The notes beneath the pieces are model-generated. The model made no database searches and was not told the origin of the DNA. It worked only from the letters and a program-made list of their open reading frames with translations. DNA of 64,000 nucleotides from a virus (Duplodnaviria; Caudoviricetes), in IMG/VR virus record IMGVR_UViG_3300032292_000618, positions 78,783 through 142,782 of that record; one strand, given 5' to 3'. Made by a program: the position numbers and the translations under genes. Of the stretch, positions 27,257 through 37,355 are shown in pieces (positions within the stretch are counted from its first letter, which is position 1; each line of letters begins with the position of its first letter).

Positions 27257-27936
27257 TGTTTAATCATATTGATATTAGTCTCCCTCAATTAGAGAGGGAG
27301 GCAATTGATGGTGTAAGATACTATAAAGTTCCTGATGGAGATGAACTTCTAAAGTTTGTCTCCATTACTTCTGTAACTAGTCACCACAATAAACATATTT
27401 TTGAGAAGTGGCGAAAAAAGGTAGGAGAAGAAGAAGCAAATAGAGTCAACAAACAAGCAACTACACGTGGTACTCAAATGCACTTTTTGTGCGAGCAGTA
27501 CTTAAATAACCTAGATTGTAATAGTGATGTCAACCCAATGTCTGAAATGTTATTTCAGATTATGTGTAGAGAATTAAAAAAAATAAATAATATCTATGCA
27601 CTTGAGTCTTCATTATACAGCAAGCAGTTGGGTATAGCAGGAACAGTAGACTGTATTGCTGAATATAATGGTGAGTTGGCAATCATAGACTTTAAAACTT
27701 CAAAGAAAGAAAAACCAAGAGAATGGGTTGAACATTACTTTGTTCAAGCAGCAGCATATGCTTGTATGTTTTATGAATTGACTGGTATCCCAGTTAAAAA
27801 ACTTGTAATTCTTATGGCATGTGAAGATGGTGATTGCGTTGTTTATGAAGAGTATGATAAAATGAAATACATCAAACTTCTTTCACAGTATATTAAAGAT
27901 TTTATACAATTTAAACTAAAAGAATATGGAAAGTAA
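27256..27936 (+). CDS. PD-(D/E)xK exonuclease (T4-like exonuclease A / Cas4-like fold)
   Basis: RGTQMH, AGTVDCIAEY...IIDFKTS, QAAAYA. Confidence 0.9.
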   Translation: MFNHIDISLPQLEREAIDGVRYYKVPDGDELLKFVSITSVTSHHNKHIFEKWRKKVGEEEANRVNKQATTRGTQMHFLCEQYLNNLDCNSDVNPMSEMLFQIMCRELKKINNIYALESSLYSKQLGIAGTVDCIAEYNGELAIIDFKTSKKEKPREWVEHYFVQAAAYACMFYELTGIPVKKLVILMACEDGDCVVYEEYDKMKYIKLLSQYIKDFIQFKLKEYGK

Positions 27937-28183
27937 ATTAAAATCTGCATTAGAATCAAAGTTTTTATGTCAGGCAAAATTCTCTCAACTGATTGAAGAT
28001 CTAGTCAAGGTCAATAAAGATATGAATTATATTGATGCAATAGTTCACTATTGCGATCAAAATAATATTGAAGTAGATTCTGTTGGTAAACTAATTAGCA
28101 AACCTTTGAAAGAAAAACTCAAATGTGATGCTATCAATTTAAATTTTCTAAAGCGTACATCTAGAGCAAAACTTTTAATATGA
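27926..28183 (+). CDS. gp33: Late-promoter transcription co-activator
   Basis: YIDAIVHYC...KLISKPLKEKL...LNFL; synteny with gp59 and gp32. Confidence 0.88.
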   Translation: MESKLKSALESKFLCQAKFSQLIEDLVKVNKDMNYIDAIVHYCDQNNIEVDSVGKLISKPLKEKLKCDAINLNFLKRTSRAKLLI

Positions 28184-28773
28184 CACCATTTGATGCCTAT
28201 AAAACTTACATTGCATTGAAGAATCATTTTAGCAAAGACAAATATGATTATCACAAGTATGCAGGCAAGTCTAGAGCATCAATAGAATCATTTAATAAAA
28301 GAAAGGATAAGTATTGGTTTGAAAAACTTAGCAGACAAAAGAGCGATGATGAGGTTAAAAACTTCTACATCGCTAATTTTGTAGAAGCAGATGATCCAAA
28401 TAGTTTGTGGATTGGTAATGTGATTAGAGCAGGAGATATTTACTATAAGGATTGGGTTAAACGACAGCAAAGTTTGCAGTATCTTTTCACACAAGAGTCA
28501 CAAACTTTCTTTTCTGAGTATACTTTAGACCAAGCATTTGATTGTAAGAAGGGTCATCCACCTGTATTAAGAAAGTTCCTGAGCGGGAATATTTCACCTG
28601 AAACACTAGTGATCTATGATAGAATATTCCTGATCAGGAATAATTTTGACAAGAAACTTTTAGATCCAATTTGGGAATCTGTGTCTTTAAAAATAAAGAA
28701 GTACACACCATTTCTAAATATCGATGTGTTTAAGTATAAAAAGATTTTAAAGGATACAATTACAGGAGAATAA
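28180..28773 (+). CDS. gp59: Helicase loader
   Basis: YKTYIALKNHF...YDYHKY...KRKDKYWFEKL...ISPETL. Confidence 0.9.
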   Translation: MTPFDAYKTYIALKNHFSKDKYDYHKYAGKSRASIESFNKRKDKYWFEKLSRQKSDDEVKNFYIANFVEADDPNSLWIGNVIRAGDIYYKDWVKRQQSLQYLFTQESQTFFSEYTLDQAFDCKKGHPPVLRKFLSGNISPETLVIYDRIFLIRNNFDKKLLDPIWESVSLKIKKYTPFLNIDVFKYKKILKDTITGE

Positions 28774-28774
28774 A

Positions 28775-29110
28775 ATGTCTTTTTTTGATTCAGAAATGGT
28801 TCAAGAAGAAATGAATACTATTGCAAAGATTCAAAAGAAGATCGTAAAAGAACTTCCATCATTTTTCATTATGGATACTAATGAAAAATTAGAACATATA
28901 AATCTTCTTTCTGAACTTTTAGAAAAGCAACAAATTCTTTATACTAGACTAACTCTTTCTGATGATCCAGATGCTCTGAGATTGAAAGAGCAAATGATAG
29001 AATCAGCAAAGATATTAGGATTTGGCCCAAATCCTGATGTGAATGTTGTATTTAAATCTATGCAGAAAACAATTGATAGTCTTAGAAAGACTGCTCTAAA
29101 GGGCAGATAA
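28775..29110 (+). CDS. DUF1825-like protein
   Basis: MSFFDSEMVQEE...RLTLSDDPDA. Confidence 0.75.
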   Translation: MSFFDSEMVQEEMNTIAKIQKKIVKELPSFFIMDTNEKLEHINLLSELLEKQQILYTRLTLSDDPDALRLKEQMIESAKILGFGPNPDVNVVFKSMQKTIDSLRKTALKGR

Positions 29111-29116
29111 ATAAGG

Positions 29117-29145
29117 TTGACAAGAGTATTTGGTTGTGCTATAAT
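29117..29145 (+). promoter_or_regulatory. Sigma70 promoter for gp32
   Basis: TTGACA-N17-TATAAT with extended -10 TG. Confidence 0.9.
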
Positions 29146-29192
29146 ACTTTTGTGATCTCAATCCGATCAATCCAATTAATCCGAGGTAATCC

Positions 29193-30104
29193 ATGTCTTT
29201 TTCAGACCTTAAAAAACAATCCAAGCTTGGTTCTCTTACTTCTAAACTGGTACAAGAAGTAGAGAAGATGAATACTTCAAGTAATTCTGCAGATGATAGA
29301 CTGTGGAAACCTGAAGTAGACAAAGCAGGTAATGGATTTGCAGTTATTAGATTTCTTACTGCTCCAGAGGGAGAAGATCTTCCATGGGCAAAAGTATATA
29401 ATCATGCCTTCCAGGGAACTGGTGGATGGTTAATTGATAATTGTCTTACAACTCTTGGTCAACAGTGTCCAGTTTGCGAAGCAAATCGTGAACTGTGGAA
29501 TACTGGAAGCAAAGCAAACCAAGAAATTGTTCGTCAAAGAAAGCGTAAACTTTCTTACTACTCCAACATCTATGTTGTGAGTGACAAGGCACACCCTGAG
29601 AATGAAGGTAAGGTGTTCCTGTTCAAGTATGGCAAGAAGATCTTTGATAAGATCTCTGCTGCTATGCAACCAGAGTTTGATGATGAAACTCCTATTGATC
29701 CTTTTGACTTCTGGAATGGTGCAAACTTCAAAGTGAAGATCACCAAGAAAGATGGTTACTGGAACTATGATAAGTCTGAGTTTGAATCTCCATCAACCTT
29801 GGGGAACTTTGATGATGATACCCTTGAAGGAATCTGGAAAAAAGCATACTCTCTTCAAGAGTTTATGAAGGCAGAAAACTTCAAGTCTTATGAGCAACTT
29901 GATGGTAGACTGAAAGCAGTTCTTGGTAAGAAGACTACTCCTAAGCAAGATGAATCTACTGAAGGAGAAGATGATAGTCGTGGTTCTCTGGAAGAAGAAG
30001 TGATTGATCTTCCTAGGTTTACTTCTAATAGTAAAGCATCACAATCTTCTGATGATGAAGATGATGATGCTCTGAGTTATTTCCAAAGACTGGCTGAAGA
30101 ATGA
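29193..30104 (+). CDS. gp32: Single-stranded DNA-binding protein
   Basis: DDRLWKP...GNGFAVIRFL...CPVC...YGKKIFDKI...NYDKSEF; acidic tail. Confidence 0.97.
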   Translation: MSFSDLKKQSKLGSLTSKLVQEVEKMNTSSNSADDRLWKPEVDKAGNGFAVIRFLTAPEGEDLPWAKVYNHAFQGTGGWLIDNCLTTLGQQCPVCEANRELWNTGSKANQEIVRQRKRKLSYYSNIYVVSDKAHPENEGKVFLFKYGKKIFDKISAAMQPEFDDETPIDPFDFWNGANFKVKITKKDGYWNYDKSEFESPSTLGNFDDDTLEGIWKKAYSLQEFMKAENFKSYEQLDGRLKAVLGKKTTPKQDESTEGEDDSRGSLEEEVIDLPRFTSNSKASQSSDDEDDDALSYFQRLAEE

Positions 30105-30120
30105 TTATATCAGGAGGTGC

Positions 30121-30870
30121 TTAGTCACCTCCTTTTTTTGTTTTTATATCTACATACTGAGTTGAAAATCCATAGGACATTATTTCTTCCATATCATCTA
30201 TAATAGTCTGTAAGAATTTTGGTTTTAGTACATAGATATTTCTTTTCTTATCATTTTGAGCAATCTCATATTCATAAATGCTTACTGATTTTACTGGGTT
30301 AATAGTAACTGTATCTCCTTGTATGTTTTCTACTACTTGTGCTGAGTCAAATTTAACCAAAGTTGAATCAAATTTTTGTAATGTTGAATCAAATGAAAAT
30401 GGTACAGTGATTACATTAATCTGTTGAATAGATGGTTCAAAGTATGTAACAGTAAAATTAGAATCTACTAGTTTCCCAGAAGGAACTATAAGTTTTCCTC
30501 TACTATCATAGTGAGATACTGTTTCATAATGATGTGCTTCTGTTAATTGTTCTGAAGTATATTTTCTAAAAATATAATCATCAAATTCAGAGTCTGATAG
30601 TGGCCATTCAGTTCTAATATTAATTATATTGTTTGCTAGTAAAACTACCCAATCAAATGTAGGACTTCCATATATTTTTTCTGCAATTTGTTCTGGTCTC
30701 TCCTCTCCAACAATTTTATACTTAGTAAATGCCACTGCACTATTAAGTATGTCATCACGAATTTTAGATCTACGAAAGAGATTTTTAACTCTTACTAGAT
30801 CAGAGGATGAATTTTTAGATTGTAGTTGAGAAGGATATAAAATATCCGAAAAATTTCTAAAGTATGTCAT
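30121..30870 (-). CDS. gp53: Baseplate wedge subunit
   Basis: YFRNF...ERPEQIAEKIYG...DWVVLLANNI...WPLS...HHYET...YEYE...KRNIYVLKP. Confidence 0.9.
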   Translation of the reverse strand: MTYFRNFSDILYPSQLQSKNSSSDLVRVKNLFRRSKIRDDILNSAVAFTKYKIVGEERPEQIAEKIYGSPTFDWVVLLANNIINIRTEWPLSDSEFDDYIFRKYTSEQLTEAHHYETVSHYDSRGKLIVPSGKLVDSNFTVTYFEPSIQQINVITVPFSFDSTLQKFDSTLVKFDSAQVVENIQGDTVTINPVKSVSIYEYEIAQNDKKRNIYVLKPKFLQTIIDDMEEIMSYGFSTQYVDIKTKKGGD

Positions 30871-30872
30871 TA

Positions 30873-32567
30873 TTAAAATCCTCCTCTTCTATCAAATTGA
30901 GACCCAGTACCTTCAAGCAAACCTCCTCCTGGTGAGGGAGGTCTATATCCAGGATCTCCTGGTATTGCAGTTGGATCTCTTCCTCCAGTAATTGGTATTA
31001 GTGGAGCCACTGGAGCACCTGCTCCTCCTGCTGAAGGTCTTGAAGATCCAGGATTATCAGGATTATTTGGAGTTTCTCCTGTTGCTTCAAAATTAGATGA
31101 ATCTAAACCATTAAGATCAACACCATCTCCAAATCCAACATGATCATCTATTCCATAGTTATCTTCATATATTGGGGTTAACTCTGAGAATGACATAGTT
31201 ATATTAGTTGCTATTGGTTGAGAACCATTGGCAGATGAATCTTCATAAGTTGCATATAAACCATCTGCAGTATAGTCAACTGTAAAATTAGTTAGGGCAC
31301 AGGTTTTAATTTGAGTAATACTTCTTAATTGTCTACCATTTGACATGAATTTAATTTGAAATACATTTGGAGCTCCTAAGAAAAATGAAGTTTCTGATGC
31401 ATTTGATCTTTGAGCAGACATTCCTTTCTTAAAGAATTTAATAATCCTTCTAATATTATTTGCTTCTTTTTGACTTCTTGGTGTCATTTTAATTTGGAAT
31501 TGAAATGACCTTAACTTTGGACCTTGGAATAATAATTCAAGATTTGGGTTGACTACTGTTCCTGTAGCTCTTGATAAGTATGCAGCAGGATCTACATTAA
31601 GTCCAAACTTACTAACTATGGATGCTCCAGCTTTTAAAGTTGCTAATTTTATTATAGTTTCTGAAGCAGCAGCACCTCTAGCTCCTTGAAGTGCTCCTCC
31701 TAATCTTGATGTAAACTTAGCAAGATCTAATTCAGTGATATCATTTGCTGCTCCTACTCCTACACTCAATGCTGCTGCTGATAAGGTAGAAAGTTCATTT
31801 GATCCCCATCCAGTTTCATTTGCCTCAGATATATTGCTTGGCATTGGAAGAATTACTGACCCTTTTAAATCAGTAAATTGTCTTGAACTTAAGGATTTGT
31901 TTCCTAAAATATCAGATGTATTTGCAGAATCAAACCCAGATGAAAATACTTCAGGCACAACATATTTAAATTGACTTATCATCATATAATCTTGACCTAG
32001 ATTTATATTTTCTGGATAAGAATATGTTTCGTATTTTCCTTCAGATCCATATTTACTTAGATTATTATCAAATGATACTGGTGCACTAGTGCCACCAGCA
32101 GCACCTCCAGTATTTGGAGGATTAGATCCTGAATCAGGAGCATTTGGATCTCTAGTTGGTGGAGCTGGTTGTTGTGCTTGACTAAATCTACCTAAAGAGT
32201 TTAATCTTTGTTCCTGAACCCCAGTTAAAGGTAGATTTGTTCTTGCCCAATTTGCATAATTTTGATCTACTCTTTGCAGAGCAGTAACATCTAATCCTCC
32301 TCCAGACTTAATACTTTTTATTAATTCAGAATCTACATTTACTGGTTTATATGGATCACTTCCATTTGCTTGCCATATACCTTGTCTGGATAATCCCCCC
32401 GTTAAAATATTAGAACTTCCAGTTCTTGTATTAAATTCATAGATATAGTCTCCAATATATGTGCTACCTACTGCAGAACTTTTTATGTAAGCTCTGTAAA
32501 TATCTGGGTTACTACCATCTTGATACCATCCTGGTTTTACTTGCTTGTCTCCAGAAACTATTGACAT
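30873..32567 (-). CDS. gp48: Baseplate tail-tube cap with N- and C-terminal extensions
   Basis: LPMPSNI, NPNLELLFQGPKLRSFQF, CALTNFTVDYT, FSELTPI. Confidence 0.85.
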   Translation of the reverse strand: MSIVSGDKQVKPGWYQDGSNPDIYRAYIKSSAVGSTYIGDYIYEFNTRTGSSNILTGGLSRQGIWQANGSDPYKPVNVDSELIKSIKSGGGLDVTALQRVDQNYANWARTNLPLTGVQEQRLNSLGRFSQAQQPAPPTRDPNAPDSGSNPPNTGGAAGGTSAPVSFDNNLSKYGSEGKYETYSYPENINLGQDYMMISQFKYVVPEVFSSGFDSANTSDILGNKSLSSRQFTDLKGSVILPMPSNISEANETGWGSNELSTLSAAALSVGVGAANDITELDLAKFTSRLGGALQGARGAAASETIIKLATLKAGASIVSKFGLNVDPAAYLSRATGTVVNPNLELLFQGPKLRSFQFQIKMTPRSQKEANNIRRIIKFFKKGMSAQRSNASETSFFLGAPNVFQIKFMSNGRQLRSITQIKTCALTNFTVDYTADGLYATYEDSSANGSQPIATNITMSFSELTPIYEDNYGIDDHVGFGDGVDLNGLDSSNFEATGETPNNPDNPGSSRPSAGGAGAPVAPLIPITGGRDPTAIPGDPGYRPPSPGGGLLEGTGSQFDRRGGF

Positions 32568-33137
32568 TTATCTTCCCCACACTTTATTTGATGGAATTGG
32601 AATTTCTACGCCACCCAAATCCATCACAAATTCTTCTAATGGTAGTACACATATGGTTTCCCATTCTGCTTCAGCAAGATCTAGGTAAGGGGTTTTAACC
32701 TCTGATAATAAGTATTTATGTGCTCCAGTTTCAAATCTTGGAATTTTATTTTTAATCAAACTTTGAACTATTCCTATTCTTTGCTCTGGTTTATAGTAAT
32801 GTAAATTTACAGCAAAAAATGATTTTGGTTTAAAGTCTAATACAAATGCTAAAGGATATTTATCGTAGTATGGAAGTTCTTCTCTATACTTTGCCTTATA
32901 TTGAAAGAGCATGAGACTGAACAATTTTGGGAATACCCTCATTGTATTTTGATCTCTTTTTAAAACATTGTCAGACTGATCATAATTCTCTTGTCTGATT
33001 AATTTTGTAGGATCATTTTCATATTGTATAGTTTTGGCAGCAAATACTTGAGTTCTATACCATTCTCTAGAAGGAGTTCCTGTTAATTCTTGATTTGATT
33101 TTTCTTTAACTTCTTCAAAAATGGTTTTATATGCCAA
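32568..33137 (-). CDS. gp2: DNA end-protector protein
   Basis: FQYKAK...LPYYDKYPL...NLHY...HKYL...LPLEEF. Confidence 0.82.
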   Translation of the reverse strand: MAYKTIFEEVKEKSNQELTGTPSREWYRTQVFAAKTIQYENDPTKLIRQENYDQSDNVLKRDQNTMRVFPKLFSLMLFQYKAKYREELPYYDKYPLAFVLDFKPKSFFAVNLHYYKPEQRIGIVQSLIKNKIPRFETGAHKYLLSEVKTPYLDLAEAEWETICVLPLEEFVMDLGGVEIPIPSNKVWGR

Positions 33138-33561
33138 GGTTATCCTCCGTTAGTATTTGAAATTTCCATTTTCTATCAGCACAAAATTCTTCTGCAGCAG
33201 CCCACTTTGCTTGATTTTTTGCAAACTCTTTTATTTCATATACTTGTTTCTGAGAAACTTTTTTACCAAGTTTAGGTCCAGCAACTTGTCTTTTTGGTTT
33301 TACTTCTATTAGACTTTCACTTATAGATTTCTCTTTGTCTATGTACTTAATGTAAAAATCAGGAAAGTACTTATGAATTCTTTTATCTAATGGAGATATG
33401 TATGGTATCCAAATTTCTTCACTAGACCATTTAATAATATTTTCATTCTTATCGCAGTAATTCATAAACTTTAATTCCCACAAAGATCTGTAGATTATAT
33501 TTGTATAATCTCCAATATATTTTTGGGGAAATGATGGTTTAAATATTCCCTTATAACTCAT
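33127..33561 (-). CDS. gp4: Head completion nuclease
   Basis: YKGIFKP...KYIGD...YRSLWE...WSSEE...YFPDF...IEVKP...NQAKW...LTE; start set to MSYKG. Confidence 0.92.
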   Translation of the reverse strand: MSYKGIFKPSFPQKYIGDYTNIIYRSLWELKFMNYCDKNENIIKWSSEEIWIPYISPLDKRIHKYFPDFYIKYIDKEKSISESLIEVKPKRQVAGPKLGKKVSQKQVYEIKEFAKNQAKWAAAEEFCADRKWKFQILTEDNLGI

Positions 33562-33592
33562 ACATATATTATAAGGCACTTAAGTTATTTAG

Positions 33593-34342
33593 ATGACAGT
33601 AACTAATTACCAACAACTATACTATACAACTGATCAGTTAATAGACAAATTTAAACCTGCTCTAACATCATACTTTAGTGTTTTTATTCCTGGCAAATAT
33701 GGTAACGCAGATAATGATGATGTAAATTTTTTGGCATATGAAGCTGTTCTTCCCGGAACTTCATTTGAAACTGGTCAAGTTTTTGGAGACAGACAAGGAA
33801 TCACAGAGCAGTATGCAAATAAAAGAGTTTATCCTTCAGTAGATGTAAGTTTTTATATAGATCAAGACTATAAGGTTATAGAATTCTTTGAGCAATGGAT
33901 GTCAAAAATATCTCCAAATAAAGGAAAGAGTGGAAATATTGATTCATATAATAAGTTTCAATATCCAGATAAGTACGAAACAAATGTTATAATTACAAAA
34001 TTTGAAAAAAACTTTAGAGAACCTAGTCAAAGATTATCTAAAGCTGGTATGTATTCTATGCCTAGAAATAGGGTTGAGTACAAGCTTCTAAATGCTTATC
34101 CAATCAACCTAATTTCTATCCCTATATCTTATGGTCAAGCAGACATCTTAAGAACTACAGTAACATTTAATTATGATGTGTATAGATATACACCCTTTGC
34201 TGATGATAGACAAATTGGTGGTAATGATGAAGGAGGTGCTCGTGTTGTAGGTCCAGGAAATGATAGACCTCTTGAAGGTTCATTTAATGATCCAAATAGT
34301 GGATTGTCTAGAGCAGCTAGAGTAGCTCTTGGTGAAGAATGA
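33593..34342 (+). CDS. Tail-tube-fold baseplate protein (gp19/gp54-like)
   Basis: AVLPGTS...VSFYID...FFEQW...YKLLNAYP...TVTFNYD. Confidence 0.72.
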   Translation: MTVTNYQQLYYTTDQLIDKFKPALTSYFSVFIPGKYGNADNDDVNFLAYEAVLPGTSFETGQVFGDRQGITEQYANKRVYPSVDVSFYIDQDYKVIEFFEQWMSKISPNKGKSGNIDSYNKFQYPDKYETNVIITKFEKNFREPSQRLSKAGMYSMPRNRVEYKLLNAYPINLISIPISYGQADILRTTVTFNYDVYRYTPFADDRQIGGNDEGGARVVGPGNDRPLEGSFNDPNSGLSRAARVALGEE

Positions 34343-34389
34343 TTTGATTTTTCTCCATAAATAATCATACCTGAATTGTATATTTCAAA

Positions 34390-35121
34390 ATGCCTTTACC
34401 AAAAGTAGTAACTCCTTCTTATGAGTTGACTCTTCCTTCTAATAAAAAGCAAATTAAATATAGACCATTTTTAGTTAAAGAAGAAAAAATTCTAATCATC
34501 GCTATGGAGAGTGAAAATCCTAGTGAAATTAGAGATGCAATTAAAAATGTATTGAAAGAGTGTATTCTTACTAGAGGAATTAAAGTAGAAACTCTTCCCA
34601 GTTTTGATATTGAATATTTGTTCTTGAACATCAGAGCAAAATCAGTTGGTGCTTTAATAGATCTTATTGTTACTTGTCCAGATGATAATGAAACACAAGT
34701 AGAAGTGAGTATCAGTGTTGATGAAATTGAAGTTGATGTTCCAGAAGGTCATTCTCAAGATTTGAAAGTGAATGATGATATAACAGTTAAGATGAAGTAT
34801 CCTTCACTTCAAGAATTTATAGACAATAATTTTAATTTTAGTTCTACTAATAATAGTCAAGAAACTATTCAAAAGTCATTTGAAATTGTTGCTTCTTGTG
34901 TAGATCAAGTTTATACCAAAGAAGAATCTTGGTCTGCTTCTGATCTAACTAAGAAGGAACTTGTAGAATGGTTACAAACTTTTGATTCCTTGCAATTTAA
35001 AAATATTGAAAAGTTTTTTGATACAATGCCTAAGTTGTCTCATACACTTAAAGTAACTAATCCAAAAACTAAAGTAGAAAATGAGATAGTATTAGAAGGG
35101 TTATCAAGTTTTTTCGGATAG
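34390..35121 (+). CDS. gp26: Baseplate hub assembly protein
   Basis: MPLPK...YELTLPS...YRPFLVKEEK...FDIEYLFLNIRAKSVG...LEGLSSFF; ATAAATA at 34357. Confidence 0.92.
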   Translation: MPLPKVVTPSYELTLPSNKKQIKYRPFLVKEEKILIIAMESENPSEIRDAIKNVLKECILTRGIKVETLPSFDIEYLFLNIRAKSVGALIDLIVTCPDDNETQVEVSISVDEIEVDVPEGHSQDLKVNDDITVKMKYPSLQEFIDNNFNFSSTNNSQETIQKSFEIVASCVDQVYTKEESWSASDLTKKELVEWLQTFDSLQFKNIEKFFDTMPKLSHTLKVTNPKTKVENEIVLEGLSSFFG

Positions 35122-35123
35122 TG

Positions 35124-35300
35124 ATGGGGCATGAAAGTTTAGAAACTTTCTATAGAATTAATTTTGCTTTGATGCAGCATCATAAATATTCATTGACAGA
35201 TATTGAAAATATGATGCCTTGGGAAAGAGAAGTTTATCTTTCTTTATTGGAACAGTACATTGAAGATGAAGAAAAAAAAGCAGCCAAAGCAAATAAATGA
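35124..35300 (+). CDS. gp51: Baseplate hub assembly chaperone, 58 aa
   Basis: Hand translation MGHESLETFYRINFALMQHHKYSLTDIENMMPWEREVY... Confidence 0.88.
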   Translation: MGHESLETFYRINFALMQHHKYSLTDIENMMPWEREVYLSLLEQYIEDEEKKAAKANK

Positions 35301-37351
35301 ACGTAACAGATGCACCATCTGGAATACTAGACCCAAAGCAACCTTATTGGCCTGCTGATAAGGTTAATGAGAGAACTTGGTTGCGTCTTAAAGGAAAATT
35401 AACTGGCAGATCAATCCCAGGATTGAGCGAGAACTTTACATCTTATGTAAAACTTGGTGATGCTGATGCTGATAAATTGATTGCAAATATTAAAAAGTAT
35501 GGTCAGTATCCACAAGTTAATCAAAATGATAAGTATGGTGGTGCATATAATAACGAAGAATATCAGAAGTGGTTAGTTGAAGAGTTTCTTGAAAAACCAT
35601 TTCAACAACAGACTAATCAAAAGATTGAAGATGCTGCAATAGAATCTAGACTAAAAGAGATACAAGAAGAAAGGAAACAAAAAGCAACATCATTTATTTC
35701 TGGAGCAACTTCATTCAGACCAGGCAAAAAAATGTCTCTGAATGTGACTAAAATGCAGGGAATAATTCCAAAAAGATCTATTCCATCAGAAGTATTTCAA
35801 AAAATATCCTCTCCTGTAGATACACCAAATATACAACCAAAAGAAGAAGAAGACTCTTCTTCCTTCGGAAGATTGTTATTAAATTTTGTTCAGATTAATA
35901 ACGATTTAGATGCTATAAAGGAAGTAATAGAAGAAGACTTTAAAACTACAAAAGAAAAAAATAAACAAGAAACAGATGAGTATAGAAAGAGAGTAGCAAA
36001 TAGAGGAAGAAAACTTACAAAGAAAGAACTTGGATCTGATAAAAAAAGTGTAACTGAATCAATTAAACCTTTTATAAGTAATTTCTTTTCTGGTGCTGGT
36101 GGTGCAATAAGATCTCTAGCATTATTAAAAATGCTTCTTGGCATTTTAAATGGAGATATTTCCTCAGTATTTAAAGGTCTTTTTGGTATTGGATTATCAT
36201 TCCTACCAAAGATTGGAATGATGATTGCTGGAGGAATACTTAAAAATCTACTAGCATCAATGGCAGGTAGAGCAGTTGGTGGTGGAATTTCAAGGGGTGT
36301 TGGCGGTGGAATGAGAAGAGCACCTATTGCAGCACCAACTTCTGGGTTTGGAAAGTGGGCAAAAATTGCATCTTTAGGTGCTGGTGCATTAGCATTGGGA
36401 TCTGCTTTTTCTGCATCTAATCAAGATCAACAACCAGAAACAGAAAAAAGATTAGAAGAATTAACTCTCCAACAAAAATCTTCTCCTGAAGTAAGTTCAA
36501 TAGCTCAAGAAGATCTCAAAAAGTTTGAAGCATTAAATATAAGATTTGAAAAAGCACTTGAATTTTTTATTGAAACTTATAAAAAAACTATGCAGGATAG
36601 GGGTCAACAAAGACCATCATCTTCTGGACCAGGAACATCTCCTGGCAGTGCACCCCCTTTAGGGAGCATGAGTTTAATGTCTGGCAATGCCCCACCAGAG
36701 ATGAAAGCACTCATGGATACTATATCTTCTCCAGAATCTGGAGGAAACTATGAAGCTATGTATCCAAGTACTACTCTTCCAGGTGCAACTGAAATGACAA
36801 TTTCAGAGGTTGCTAGAACTGCAACTGGACCAGTTGGAAAATATCAACATAAACCACAGTTTTTAGAAGAAAGAGCTAGGCAAGTTGGATTAGATCCAGC
36901 CACTGCAAAATTTAGTCCTCAAAATCAAGACCTAATTACTAGGGGACATATTACAAGTGTTTTAGGTGGAGATGAGGCAAGCATTGTAGAGCAATTAAAG
37001 AGAGATCCAAATGCTATTAAAAGTAGATTGGAAGGGACAACTTATACTGGACTTCAAAAATATGGATCTGATTATAATGAATTATTTAAAAATAGACTAA
37101 GGCAATATGAAGGCACCTCTCCAGTTCAACCAGCTCCAAGACCAGCAGATGGTAGAAGAGCTAGTGCTTTATCTGGATCAGGATCCCAATCAAATCTTGC
37201 AGTTACTGTAGTTCCAGTTTCTTCAAATAAATCAGGAGCAGTAGCAGCAAATTCAGGAACTAACCTTCCAAACATTGATCCAAATTATGGGGGTGATAGA
37301 TTTTCATTATTAACAGCAGGAGAGTTAAATTTAGTTGGAGCTCTAGGATAG
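35297..37351 (+). CDS. Tape-measure/hub-like virion protein with a C-terminal lysozyme-like domain
   Basis: Coiled-coil and Gly-rich hydrophobic core; ALMDTISSPESGGNY...GKYQ...FSPQNQD. Confidence 0.65.
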   Translation: MNVTDAPSGILDPKQPYWPADKVNERTWLRLKGKLTGRSIPGLSENFTSYVKLGDADADKLIANIKKYGQYPQVNQNDKYGGAYNNEEYQKWLVEEFLEKPFQQQTNQKIEDAAIESRLKEIQEERKQKATSFISGATSFRPGKKMSLNVTKMQGIIPKRSIPSEVFQKISSPVDTPNIQPKEEEDSSSFGRLLLNFVQINNDLDAIKEVIEEDFKTTKEKNKQETDEYRKRVANRGRKLTKKELGSDKKSVTESIKPFISNFFSGAGGAIRSLALLKMLLGILNGDISSVFKGLFGIGLSFLPKIGMMIAGGILKNLLASMAGRAVGGGISRGVGGGMRRAPIAAPTSGFGKWAKIASLGAGALALGSAFSASNQDQQPETEKRLEELTLQQKSSPEVSSIAQEDLKKFEALNIRFEKALEFFIETYKKTMQDRGQQRPSSSGPGTSPGSAPPLGSMSLMSGNAPPEMKALMDTISSPESGGNYEAMYPSTTLPGATEMTISEVARTATGPVGKYQHKPQFLEERARQVGLDPATAKFSPQNQDLITRGHITSVLGGDEASIVEQLKRDPNAIKSRLEGTTYTGLQKYGSDYNELFKNRLRQYEGTSPVQPAPRPADGRRASALSGSGSQSNLAVTVVPVSSNKSGAVAANSGTNLPNIDPNYGGDRFSLLTAGELNLVGALG

Positions 37352-37355
37352 TAGC

